Part shown: piece after piece, positions 1 through 9,224 of the stretch
Layout: every line of letters begins with the position of its first letter
Numbering within the stretch: position 1 is the first letter of the stretch
Source of the DNA: Alphaproteobacteria bacterium
GTDB lineage: Bacteria > Pseudomonadota > Alphaproteobacteria > UBA828
NCBI GenBank assembly: GCA_965220745.1
Contig: CBDCQT010000013.1
Span: forward strand, 576,001-640,000
DNA: 64,000 bases
Direction: 5' to 3'
The notes under the pieces: model-generated
What the model was told of the DNA's origin: nothing
Databases searched by the model: none
What the model saw: the letters and a program-made list of their open reading frames with translations, nothing else
Position numbers and translations under genes: made by a program

Positions 1-251
1 CCAAGAGCCTGGGCAAGGAGCTCGCGGGCTCCGGCGTCCTTGTGAATTGCGTCACCCCTGCGGCGGTCGAGACCCGCATCTTCGACCAGATGACGCAGGC
101 ACACATCGACATGATGAAGTCGAAGATCCCGATGGGTCGCTTCGGCCTGCCGAAGGAGATCGCCGCCATGGTCGCCTGGCTCTGCTCCGAGGACTGCTCG
201 TTCTCCACCGGCGGCGTGTTCGACCTCTCCGGCGGCCGCGCAACGTATTAG
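1..251 (+). CDS. SDR family oxidoreductase, C-terminal part (5' truncated by window edge)
   Basis: Frame is open from the window start: ..KSLGKELAGSGVLVNCVTP..IPMGRFG..EIA..TGGVFDLSGG, a typical SDR C-terminus. Confidence 0.85.
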   Translation, partial: KSLGKELAGSGVLVNCVTPAAVETRIFDQMTQAHIDMMKSKIPMGRFGLPKEIAAMVAWLCSEDCSFSTGGVFDLSGGRATY

Positions 252-289
252 CCGCGCGCGCCACGCAAAAGGGCCGCGCGACGTATTGA
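234..289 (+). repeat. 18-bp imperfect duplication of the SDR gene 3' end
   Basis: GGCCGCGCAACGTATTAG (234-251) and GGCCGCGCGACGTATTGA (272-289); both read GRATY-stop; 20-bp spacer. Confidence 0.7.
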
Positions 290-359
290 CCGGCCCCACC
301 TGCACCACCACACTCGCCGCGCCCGAGGCACCACCGCGCCCAACGTCAAGAGGGAGACC

Positions 360-1124
360 ATGAAGGAGCACGAGGAAGGCTATTCGATGCCGCTTGCGGC
401 GCCGACCTTCACGAAGCCGCCGTTCTACGCGACGCCCGACAGCAAGATTCTGATGATGGCCTACCGCGCCGATCCCGACGCGGTCGCCTTCGAGGTGCCG
501 GAGCCGCTGGAGCCGGTCGAGCCCAACCTCGTGCTCGCCTGGCTCGGCGACATGGGTCAGCCGACCCACTCGGTCGAGCTCTACCACGAGTGCCTGACCG
601 GCATCATGGTCCGCTACAAGGAGTGGACGGGCTGGTATATCAACTACATCTGGGTCGACAACGACATGGCGCTCACCTTCGAGCGTGAGATCTACGGCTG
701 GCCCGCTAACCTGTGCGACACCACGCCGCTCAAGTTCTACGGCAGCCAGGTGATCGGCCACTGCGACCGCGCCGGCGAGTGCCTCATGCGGCTCAGCATG
801 AACGTCACCAGCCCGCCGCCGATCCGCCGCGCCGACAGCGCCATCGAGGACCGCTTCGCAGAGCTGGTCGATGCCGACTTCCTGCAGATTCGCAAGATCC
901 CCAACCCCGAGGAAGGCGGCAAGCCGATCAAGCAGCTGCTCCTGATCCGGCCCGAGGACTTCGCGCTGCACGAGATATGGACCGGCACCGGCCATCTTGA
1001 GCTCGGTCGCTCCGGCCTCTACCCGCATCTCCACCGGCTCGCGCCGGTCAAGATACTGGAGACCTGGTACCTCAAGGCCTCTTGGGTCGTGCCCTACCCG
1101 AAGGTGATCTGGGACAACGGTTAG
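360..1124 (+). CDS. Acetoacetate decarboxylase-like family protein
   Basis: GYSMPL..P, YRADP, PEPLEP, YHE, YIWVDND, REIYGWP pattern of the ADC fold; RBS GGGAGA upstream. Confidence 0.75.
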   Translation: MKEHEEGYSMPLAAPTFTKPPFYATPDSKILMMAYRADPDAVAFEVPEPLEPVEPNLVLAWLGDMGQPTHSVELYHECLTGIMVRYKEWTGWYINYIWVDNDMALTFEREIYGWPANLCDTTPLKFYGSQVIGHCDRAGECLMRLSMNVTSPPPIRRADSAIEDRFAELVDADFLQIRKIPNPEEGGKPIKQLLLIRPEDFALHEIWTGTGHLELGRSGLYPHLHRLAPVKILETWYLKASWVVPYPKVIWDNG

Positions 1125-1149
1125 ACGACCACTGGTCGCGGGGCGCTGA

Positions 1150-2181
1150 TCAGGTCGAGATCATCTTTTTCTCGATGCCGACGCCGGCCTCCACCGCGCG
1201 CTGATACTCGAGCGGCACGGTCGCCGAATCCTGGATCGCGATTCCGGTTGAATCGAAGAGCGTGATCTCGGTGTCGTCCCGCCGGCCCTCCAGCCGGCCG
1301 CAGATGACGGCGCCGATCTCGCCGGCCACGTCGTCCGGCCCGATGACGCCCTCTGTAATCGGCACGTTGATCTCGCCGTCGGGCACGCATTGCCGGATGT
1401 CGTCAACGAAGATGCGGGCGCGGGCCGCAATCGCGCTTTCCAGCTCCTGATTGCCCGCGAGGTCGGAACCCAAGGCCGCGACGTGGGTGCCGTCGGCGAT
1501 CCATGCGTCGCGAACCACGGGATCCGCGCCGGTGGTCGTGGTCACGACCGCATCGGCGCCCCGCACCACTGCCTCCAGATCGGTCGACGCCACCAGGGTG
1601 AGGTCCGGATGGCGCGGCGCCTCGCTCGCCATGAAGGCATCGAGCGTAGCCTGCGTCCGGCTCCACACGCGCACCTCCGACCACTCGCGGACCGCCGCGC
1701 AGGTTCGGAGCGAGCCAATGCCCACGTCGCCCGCGCCCACCAGCGCCAGCACCGACGCATCCTTGCGCGCGAGCCAGCGGATCGAGACCGCCGCCGATGC
1801 GCCGGTGCGCATCATGGTGTGGTAGCTGCCGTCCACGATAGCCAGGGGAAAGCCGGTCTCGGGCTCGGTGTAGACCAGGATCGAGAACACCGTCGGCAGG
1901 TCGAACTTCGCGCGGTTGTGCTCGCGGATCGAGACCCATTTGCAGGCAGCCGCCTCGGTCACGCCCGCGCCCGCCGGCTCCTCGATGTAGGAGGGCATCA
2001 CCTCCCACTCCCCCGGATACTTGTCGAGCACGATGTGGCCCTTGGGCTCCAGGTAGCAGCGCCCCTCGCCGTGCCGGCGGAACGCGGTCTCGACGCAATC
2101 GACGTATTCGCCGGGATCCAGCAGGCCCATCATGTCGGTCCGGCTGAGGATCAGGGTCTTGCGGTTGCGCCAGCTGGTCAT
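1150..2181 (-). CDS. Ornithine cyclodeaminase/mu-crystallin (alanine dehydrogenase-like) family protein
   Basis: True start MTSWRNRK at 2181 (ATGA overlap with the upstream gene); KWVS, T.MRTGA, GAG..G, FDSTGIAIQD motifs. Confidence 0.9.
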   Translation of the reverse strand: MTSWRNRKTLILSRTDMMGLLDPGEYVDCVETAFRRHGEGRCYLEPKGHIVLDKYPGEWEVMPSYIEEPAGAGVTEAAACKWVSIREHNRAKFDLPTVFSILVYTEPETGFPLAIVDGSYHTMMRTGASAAVSIRWLARKDASVLALVGAGDVGIGSLRTCAAVREWSEVRVWSRTQATLDAFMASEAPRHPDLTLVASTDLEAVVRGADAVVTTTTGADPVVRDAWIADGTHVAALGSDLAGNQELESAIAARARIFVDDIRQCVPDGEINVPITEGVIGPDDVAGEIGAVICGRLEGRRDDTEITLFDSTGIAIQDSATVPLEYQRAVEAGVGIEKKMIST

Positions 2182-4535
2182 GTTGCGTCGGTTCCTTCCT
2201 TTGGCCCGGCGTGGGATCGCCCGCGCAGGATGCGCCAGATCGCCTCGGGCGTGGCCGGCATGGCGACCGCGTCGTGGCCGCCGTGGTCCCGCAGCGCGTC
2301 GGCCACCGCGTTCATCACCGCCGCCGGCGCCACGATCGAGCCGGCCTCGCCCAAGCCCTTCACGCCTAGCGGGTTGGTGAGGCACGGTATCACGGCGAAC
2401 TGCCCGTCCAGGAACGGCAGGTCGTCGGCGCGTGGCAGCGTGTAGTCCATGAACGAGCCGGCCAGCAGCTGCCCGTCCCCCTCGTCGTAGACCGCGTGCT
2501 CGGTCAATGCCTGGCCGATGCCTTGCGCGATGGCGCCGTGGTTCTGGCCTTCCGCCAGAAGCGGATTGAGAATCCGCCCGAAGTCGTCCACGGTGGTGTA
2601 GTACAAGATCCGCACCCGGCCGGTGGCCCGCTCGATCTCCACCTCGCACACGTGGCAGCCGTTGGCGAAGGTCACGGCGCGGCCCACGTGATTGGCCTCG
2701 CAATCGAGGCCGAGCGTCTCCGCCTCCGGCCGGACCGTCGGATCGAACGAGGCGCGCGCTACCTCGGCGAAACCGAGCGAACGGTCGGTGCCGGCGATGC
2801 GGTAGCGCCCGCCCTCGAAGCGCACGTCCGCCTCCCGCGCCTCCAGCAGCGCGGCGGCAACGGCGCGCCCGCGCTCCGCCGCTTCGTCCGCCGCGCGCAG
2901 CACTGCGTTGCCGCCATAGGCGAAGCTGCGCGAGCCGCTGGAGCCGCTGCCGTGGGCGATGAAGTCGGTGTCTCCCTGCCGCACGCGGATGTGGCCAATG
3001 GGAATGCCGAGACGGTCGGCGACGATCTGGGCATACGCCGTCTCGTGCCCCTGCCCCGTCGACTGGCTGCCGATGAGCAGCGTCGCAGCACCTTCGGCGT
3101 CGAAGCGCAGCGCCACCCATTGGTTGCGGTTGGCGCCGCAGGGATCGACGTAGAAGGCCAACCCGATGCCACGCAGATACGCCCCCTCCCCCGCAGCAGC
3201 CTCGCGCCCACGCGCCGCGCGCCAGCCGCTCACATCACATGCCTTCTCCAAAATCGCGGGGAAGTCGCCCGAATCGTAGGTGTGCCCCAGCGGGGTTCGG
3301 TAGGGCATGGCGTCGGCGGCAACCATGTTGCGCCGGCGCAGCGCGGCAGGATCGAGACCCGATTCGTGCGCCGCCTTGTCGATCAGACGCTCCAGCAGAT
3401 AGACGTTCTCGGGCCTGCCGGCGCCGCGATAGGCGTCCGTTGGCGCCGTGTTGGTGTAGGCGGCGCGCACGCGGACATGGAGCGCCGGCGTCCGGTAGGG
3501 GCCGATCAGCGCGCGGGTGCCGCCCACGGTGGCGACGGAGGGCCCGTAGTTGGAGGCATAGGCACCGAGGTTGGCGACGCTCTCGATCGCCAGAGCGAGA
3601 AACCGCCCATCTGCGTCCAGCGCGAGAGTCGCGCGCGAGCGGAGGTCCCGGCCCTGGTGGTCGCTCGCCATGGCCTCGCCGCGCTCTGCAACCCATTTCA
3701 CCGGGCGCCCGAGCCTGCGCGCAGCGAACAGCACCAGCGCGTACTCGGGATAGACCCAGAGCTTGACCCCGAAGGCGCCGCCCACATCGGGCGTCACCAC
3801 GCGCACCCGCTGCACCGGCACCTTCAGCACGTGCTTGGCCAGGACGTTCCGCACCAGGTGGACGCCCTGCGTGCCCGCGGTCAGCGTGTAAATGCCGCTG
3901 CCGGGATCGTAAGCGCCGAGCGCCGCCCGGGTCTCCATGGGGCAGACGCTGACCCGCTGGTTGCGGGCCTCCAGGCTGACGCGGTGGGCCGCAGCGGCCA
4001 GCGCCGCCTCCACCGCCGTCCGGTCACCCAGTTCCCAGTCCAGGCAGAGATTACCCGGCGCCTCGGCGTGGAGCGCGGGCGCGTCCTCACGCAGCGCGGC
4101 CTCGGCATCCGTGACCGCGGGCAGCGGCCGGTAATCGACAGTGACCGCCTCGGCCGCCTCTTGCGCCTCGGCGGCGCTCTCCGCCGCCACGAAGGCGACC
4201 GGATCGCCCACCACGCGAACCCGCCCCGCCGCGAGCACCGGACGCGGCGGCAGGCAGGCAGCGCTGCCGTCGGCACCCTTGGGCGCCATCACGCAGGGAA
4301 TCGCCCCGATCCCGGCGTCGGCCAGATCGGCGGCGGTGTAGACCGCTAGCACCCCTGACATGGCCGCCGCGGCACCGGTATCGATGGCGCCCAGCTCGGC
4401 ATGGGCGTGGGGCGAGCGCACCACCGAGCCCCAGACTTGGCGTGGCAGCGCGAGGTCGTCGAGATAGCGCCCGCGGCCGGTGAGGAAGCGCTCGTCTTCC
4501 AGCCGCCGCTCCGCCCCGCCGATACCGTCCGTCAT
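2178..4535 (-). CDS. Xanthine dehydrogenase family molybdopterin-binding large subunit (form II CoxL/CutL-like)
   Basis: RLEDERFLTGRGRY, VRSPHAHA, PDVGGAFG.K, AYRGAGRPE, GQGHET, GVKGLGE motifs. Confidence 0.9.
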   Translation of the reverse strand: MTDGIGGAERRLEDERFLTGRGRYLDDLALPRQVWGSVVRSPHAHAELGAIDTGAAAAMSGVLAVYTAADLADAGIGAIPCVMAPKGADGSAACLPPRPVLAAGRVRVVGDPVAFVAAESAAEAQEAAEAVTVDYRPLPAVTDAEAALREDAPALHAEAPGNLCLDWELGDRTAVEAALAAAAHRVSLEARNQRVSVCPMETRAALGAYDPGSGIYTLTAGTQGVHLVRNVLAKHVLKVPVQRVRVVTPDVGGAFGVKLWVYPEYALVLFAARRLGRPVKWVAERGEAMASDHQGRDLRSRATLALDADGRFLALAIESVANLGAYASNYGPSVATVGGTRALIGPYRTPALHVRVRAAYTNTAPTDAYRGAGRPENVYLLERLIDKAAHESGLDPAALRRRNMVAADAMPYRTPLGHTYDSGDFPAILEKACDVSGWRAARGREAAAGEGAYLRGIGLAFYVDPCGANRNQWVALRFDAEGAATLLIGSQSTGQGHETAYAQIVADRLGIPIGHIRVRQGDTDFIAHGSGSSGSRSFAYGGNAVLRAADEAAERGRAVAAALLEAREADVRFEGGRYRIAGTDRSLGFAEVARASFDPTVRPEAETLGLDCEANHVGRAVTFANGCHVCEVEIERATGRVRILYYTTVDDFGRILNPLLAEGQNHGAIAQGIGQALTEHAVYDEGDGQLLAGSFMDYTLPRADDLPFLDGQFAVIPCLTNPLGVKGLGEAGSIVAPAAVMNAVADALRDHGGHDAVAMPATPEAIWRILRGRSHAGPKEGTDAT

Positions 4536-4635
4536 CCCGTCCCCGCATTGCCGTGCGTGCGCGCGCACGTTAGATAGCCGGGCGCCCGGCCGCAAACGGC
4601 GGGATTAACCAGGACAAGATGGGACGCACGGGGAC

Positions 4636-6108
4636 GTGGCAAGCGGGGACGACGGCTACGACGTGATCGTGGTGGGCTGCGGCATCGCCGGCCTGTCCGC
4701 CGCCGTCAGCGCCCAGCAGGCCGGCGCCCGCGTCGCGCTGCTGGAGCGCGCGCCCAGGGAGGAGCGCGGCGGCAACACCCGCTACACCGAATCCTTCTGG
4801 CGGATGCGGAGCCACGACGAGGTCTCCGAGGATTTTCTGGAACGCTTCGCCGAGAACGCCGGCGGCCACCTCGACCCCGCCGTGATCGAGGACAGCGTCA
4901 GGCCCTATGACCAATGGCCGAGGCTCCTGCGCGGCCTTGGCTTCGTCGATCCCGAACTGGTCACCACGCTCGCCGACAACGCCGGGCCGACGCTCCGCTG
5001 GCTTACCGGCTTCGGCGTCGCGTTCGACTTCCTGCCCAACTACTTCATTACCGAGAGCACCACCCGCATGGCGCCGGCGGGCGGCGGCCTCGCCCTGGTG
5101 GAGGCGCTCGCTGCCCACGCCGAAACCATGCCGGGGCGTATCGTCATCCACTACGAGACCACGGCGCGGCGCCTCATCCAGGACGACACCGGCCGCGTGA
5201 CCGGCGTCGAGGCGACCGGCGCCCGCAACCGCACCATGCGCCTCCCCGCCCGCGCCGTCGTGCTGGCTTCCGGCGGCTTCGAGGGCAACCCCGAAATGCT
5301 GAGCCGCTATCTCGGCCCGCAGAGCCAGTTCATCCGCCCGGTCGCGCGCGGCGGCTACTACAACCGGGGCGAGGGCATCCGCATGGCGCTGGAGATCGGC
5401 GCGGCCCCCTGCGGCGACTACGGCAGCTTCCACGCCCAGCCGGTCGATCCCCGCTCCGGCCAGCACGAGCCCGTGGTGCTCAACTACCCCTACGGCATCC
5501 TGGTGAACCGCGAGGGCCGCCGCTTCGTCGACGAGGCGCCGGCGACCGTGGACGCGAGCTACGAGGCTGCCTCGCGCCGGATGATGGCGCAGACCGAGGG
5601 CATCGCCTTCGCCGTCACCGACGCCAGGCTCGACGACGTGCCCAACTGGCAGAAGTCCGTGCGCACCGACCAGCCGCCGGTGGAGGTGGAGACCCCGGCG
5701 GCGCTGGCCCAGGCGCTCGGCATCGATGGCGAGGGTCTCGCGCGCACGCTCGGCGACTACAACGCCGCCTGCCGCGCGGAAGACGGCTTCACCCCCCTCG
5801 CCCTCGACGGTCTCGGCACCGACGGCCTCTTGCCGCGCAAGTCCAACTGGGCCAGGCCGGTAGACCGGCCGCCCTATCGCGCCTGGCCGATCATCGCCGC
5901 CAACTGCTTCACCTTCGGCGGGCTGAAGATCAACGCCGCTGCCCAGGTGCTCAACACCGACGGCGAGACCATCCCCGGCCTCTACGCCGCCGGCGAGACC
6001 GCCGGCCTCTACTACCGCACCTACACCGGCTCCACCTCGGTGATGCGGGGCGCGGTCTTCGGCCGGATCGCGGGCCTCGACGCGGCTGCGCGCAAGAACC
6101 GCCCGTGA
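4636..6108 (+). CDS. FAD-dependent oxidoreductase, TcuA/CobZ (tricarballylate dehydrogenase-like) family
   Basis: DVIVVGCGIAG, RGGNTRYT, ASGGFEGN, GRRFVDE, FTFGGLK, GLYAAGE motifs. Confidence 0.8.
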   Translation: MASGDDGYDVIVVGCGIAGLSAAVSAQQAGARVALLERAPREERGGNTRYTESFWRMRSHDEVSEDFLERFAENAGGHLDPAVIEDSVRPYDQWPRLLRGLGFVDPELVTTLADNAGPTLRWLTGFGVAFDFLPNYFITESTTRMAPAGGGLALVEALAAHAETMPGRIVIHYETTARRLIQDDTGRVTGVEATGARNRTMRLPARAVVLASGGFEGNPEMLSRYLGPQSQFIRPVARGGYYNRGEGIRMALEIGAAPCGDYGSFHAQPVDPRSGQHEPVVLNYPYGILVNREGRRFVDEAPATVDASYEAASRRMMAQTEGIAFAVTDARLDDVPNWQKSVRTDQPPVEVETPAALAQALGIDGEGLARTLGDYNAACRAEDGFTPLALDGLGTDGLLPRKSNWARPVDRPPYRAWPIIAANCFTFGGLKINAAAQVLNTDGETIPGLYAAGETAGLYYRTYTGSTSVMRGAVFGRIAGLDAAARKNRP

Positions 6109-6118
6109 CGAGCCCGAC

Positions 6119-7273
6119 GTGAGCCAGATCGCGCTCCCCGCCGTCTTCATGCGGGGCGGCACCAGCAAGGGCCTCTTCTTCCACCGCCGCGACCTGCCGG
6201 CAGAGCGCGCCGAATGGGATGCGCTCTTCCTTGCCGCGCTCGGCAGCCCCGACCCCCACGGCCGCCAGCTCGACGGCATGGGCGGCGGCATCTCCTCGCT
6301 CAGCAAGGTGGTGGTGGTGGGCCCGAGCACGCGCCCCGGTGTGGACATCGACTATCTCTTCGGCCAGGTGGCGGTGGAGCAGGCGCGCGTCGATTACCGC
6401 AGCAACTGCGGCAACCTCACGGCCGCCGCCGGTCCCTTCGCCGTGGACGAAGGGCTGGTGCAGGCGGCGGACGGCGAAGCCGCTCTCACCCTCCACAACT
6501 GCAACCTGGACCAGCGGATCGAGGCGCGCTTCCAGGTCGCGAACGGCCGCGCAGTGGTGGAGGGTGAGACCGTGCTCGACGGCGTCGCGGGCCAGGGCGC
6601 GCCCATCGGCCTGTCATTCCTGGAGCCGGGCGGCGCCGTCACCGGCCGTCTGCTGCCCACAGGCCGCGCCAGGGACGTGCTCGACATGCCGGACGCGGGC
6701 CCGATCGAGGCCACGCTGATCGACGCCTCGACCGCGCTGGTCATCGTTCACGCCGAGGCCCTGGGCCTGACGGGCGTCGAACTGCCCGGCGTCATCGAGG
6801 CCGACCCCGCCCTCACCCAGCGGCTGGAGGCGATCCGCCGCGCCGGTGCCGCCGCCATGGGCCTCGACCCGGAGACCGCGAGCGTGCCCAAGGTCGCCTT
6901 CGTCGCCTCTCCTGCGGATGCAACGACGCTCAGCGGCGCGCGCCTCTCAGCAGACTCGGTCGATCTCTCGGCGCGGGCGATCTCCATGGGCCGTCCGCAC
7001 CGGGCGCTGCCGCTGACCGCGGCGCTCGCTCTGGCGGCAGCCGCGCGTATCCCCGGCACCCTCGCCGCCGAAGCCGCCCTTCCCGGCACGGCCGACGAGA
7101 CCCCCGTCCGCCTCGGCCATTCTTCCGGCGTCGCCGAGGTCGCGGTCGATCTCGCAACCGCCGACCCGCCCCGCCTCGCCCGCCTCACCGTGACCCGCAC
7201 CGCCCGCCGCCTGATGGAAGGCCGCGTGCTCGTCCCCACCCACCGCCTCGCCGATGCACCGGTCGCCGGATAG
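6119..7273 (+). CDS. PrpF family isomerase
   Basis: MRGGTSKG, LGSPDP..RQLDGMGGG.SSLSK, NCGN, SMG, RTARRLMEG motifs. Confidence 0.9.
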   Translation: MSQIALPAVFMRGGTSKGLFFHRRDLPAERAEWDALFLAALGSPDPHGRQLDGMGGGISSLSKVVVVGPSTRPGVDIDYLFGQVAVEQARVDYRSNCGNLTAAAGPFAVDEGLVQAADGEAALTLHNCNLDQRIEARFQVANGRAVVEGETVLDGVAGQGAPIGLSFLEPGGAVTGRLLPTGRARDVLDMPDAGPIEATLIDASTALVIVHAEALGLTGVELPGVIEADPALTQRLEAIRRAGAAAMGLDPETASVPKVAFVASPADATTLSGARLSADSVDLSARAISMGRPHRALPLTAALALAAAARIPGTLAAEAALPGTADETPVRLGHSSGVAEVAVDLATADPPRLARLTVTRTARRLMEGRVLVPTHRLADAPVAG

Positions 7274-7341
7274 GCCACACTCACCAAGCCGGGCCCGCAG
7301 TCTCGAACTCTTCCCTTGGGCCGCAATACCAGTGAGAGCGG

Positions 7342-7369
7342 TTGACGCACCGATTCACCCCTATATATT
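7342..7369 (+). promoter_or_regulatory. Putative sigma70 promoter
   Basis: TTGACG-N16-TATATT upstream of the 7451 ORF. Confidence 0.4.
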
Positions 7370-7450
7370 GCGGTTTTGTGACCGCGACGCATCGCCGTGG
7401 CCGCGAGGACGGAAGCCGAGACTCCACGCCGACCGACAAAGGATCGCGTC

Positions 7451-7792
7451 ATGCAGCCCCAAAAAGCCGAGGTGCAGTCGTTCTTCGAGTTCCTGGCCGG
7501 ACTCCAGCACCTCGCGGCGGCGTGGCAAAGGCACGCGCAAGCCGCACGCGCCGCCTTGCACGCTCGGCTTCAGAACCCCGGCATCGTGTTGCGCGCCGTC
7601 GGCGTCATCGAAGCGCCGGAGACTCCTGCGCCGCTCAGGCTCGCAGCCCCGGAGGCGCCAGAGCATCTCGACGTGCAACCCGAGTTGAGCCCGGCCGAAG
7701 AGATGGCCCGTCAGCAAACCGATATCCGCGAGATCGACGAGTCTCAGAAAGCCGTGACCGAGCGCCTCCGCGACCAATACTGGTCATGGTGA
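7451..7792 (+). CDS. Hypothetical protein
   Basis: ATG preceded by AAGGA; codon usage like the host; no recognised motif. Confidence 0.55.
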   Translation: MQPQKAEVQSFFEFLAGLQHLAAAWQRHAQAARAALHARLQNPGIVLRAVGVIEAPETPAPLRLAAPEAPEHLDVQPELSPAEEMARQQTDIREIDESQKAVTERLRDQYWSW

Positions 7793-7834
7793 CAGCCCCG
7801 TCCATCCATCCAACTACATGGTTCCCCTTTCCTA

Positions 7835-7910
7835 TCCACACTTGATCGAAACACCTTCTATCGCAATTGGATAGCCACATTCGGCGTGAGGCCCCTGTGC
7901 GTCGCCGGCA
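7835..7910 (+). repeat. Imperfect direct repeat copy 1 (76 bp) with internal CTATC-N7-GATAG dyad
   Basis: Aligns ungapped to 9225-9300 with 12 mismatches in 76 bp (counted by eye). Confidence 0.85.
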
Positions 7911-8207
7911 TCGAGCTTCGCTTTCCCGGCGACTGCGTCGCCTGCTGGAAAGTCCCCTCTCAGATGATGCCATTTGACCCGAACGCATACTGCACGCCGC
8001 CTGATAGAGGGTTGAATGTACATACCGCCGGAGCGCCCCGTCCGTCGGCTGCTAACAAAAACAGATGAGGCGTTTTTCGACGGCATCCCCATTTTGTGCT
8101 ACGACGAGTTCAGTGCACGTCGCAGATTCGTCTCGTCACAATCACCCTGTGCAGGCCCAAATAGCCAATATTTCACCTCATTCTGGTCAGAGTACCGGAG
8201 GTTTTGT

Positions 8208-8978
8208 ATGAGCATATCAACATGGCGAGGATTTATCCGGGCTCTCAAACGAGCACCTGAAGACTTTTACATTATTCATTATTCATGTCAAAGTTTATAT
8301 GATGACAACGAAGGACTCTCGCCTCGGATTACGTCGATCGTGGTTAGTCACTATGTGACTGAGCAAACAGTGAGCTTCTCAACGCACGCGATTGCGGAAG
8401 AATTAAATATCGAGCGCAATTCTGTTCGTGAAAGATTTGATGAAATTGAGCTTCGACTGCTATCTGATTTCTACGCGTATGTGCGGGATCGAAGAGATAA
8501 GTTTTGGATTCACTGGAATATGAGGAACTTGACGTATGGATTTGAGCACTTGGAGCATCGTTATCTGACCTTGGGAAGAGATGATGCCGTCGTAATTCCG
8601 ATTGAACACCGGATAAACCTCAACGATATGTTGCGAGACCGGTATGGAGCAAAATACTGCGCTCATCCACGAATGCGGTCACTAATGGAACTTAATGGGG
8701 GCATTCATCGGCACTTCTTGACAGGAGAAGAAGAGGTTGATGCATTTAATCGTGGCGAATTCATTAGAATGCACAACTCCACTCTATGTAAGGTAGGATT
8801 CTTTCACTATGCAATTAAGGCGTCTATTCAAGGAAAGATCCGTACAAAATCCAAATCTTGGGGCGTAAAAATTGACAGACTGTTTGAAAGCAGATTCGTT
8901 AAGTGTGTGGGGCTGCTTGGAGCTATCTGCACCTTGTGCTTAGCAGTTTGGCAGATCGTTGAAGCGCTAATATCGTAA
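8208..8978 (+). CDS. AT-rich hypothetical protein, possible RNase H/DEDD-like fold with C-terminal TM helix
   Basis: GGAGG RBS 7 nt before ATG 8208; markedly AT-richer than the flanks; WIHWNMRN..YGFEHLEHRY resembles an ExoII motif; hydrophobic C-terminus. Confidence 0.7.
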   Translation: MSISTWRGFIRALKRAPEDFYIIHYSCQSLYDDNEGLSPRITSIVVSHYVTEQTVSFSTHAIAEELNIERNSVRERFDEIELRLLSDFYAYVRDRRDKFWIHWNMRNLTYGFEHLEHRYLTLGRDDAVVIPIEHRINLNDMLRDRYGAKYCAHPRMRSLMELNGGIHRHFLTGEEEVDAFNRGEFIRMHNSTLCKVGFFHYAIKASIQGKIRTKSKSWGVKIDRLFESRFVKCVGLLGAICTLCLAVWQIVEALIS

Positions 8979-9224
8979 TTTCCACATTCTAGTTGGACGT
9001 ACGTGACGATTATTTTCGAATTAATATGTGCACGTGATCGAAACAGTTTAGCTATAAAGTGGACAGTAGATCATTGGTAAATTTGAGGAAGGGGCTTGCG
9101 TTGTTCGAAACGGGTGATGGCTGACATGCTCCTTCGGGGTTGTCGGCTAGGCTCTCAGTCGAAGGGAATGACCGAGCGGCAGAAATGGCAAGAGCGCATC
9201 CCGCTGGCAGAGGTAGCACCCTTC

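Noticed and set aside
1150-3120. 656-aa ORF as a single protein
   Set aside because: The N-terminal half is an off-frame shadow of the Mo-subunit gene; the cyclodeaminase starts at 2181 with its own RBS
2178-4535. True aerobic CO dehydrogenase (form I CoxL)
   Set aside because: The active-site loop is AYRGAGR, not AYxCSFR, and no coxS/coxM or accessory genes are adjacent
8979-9060. Integron attC site after the AT-rich gene
   Set aside because: A GTTRRRY-like heptamer is present, but there is no matching RYYYAAC or extended palindrome and no integron integrase
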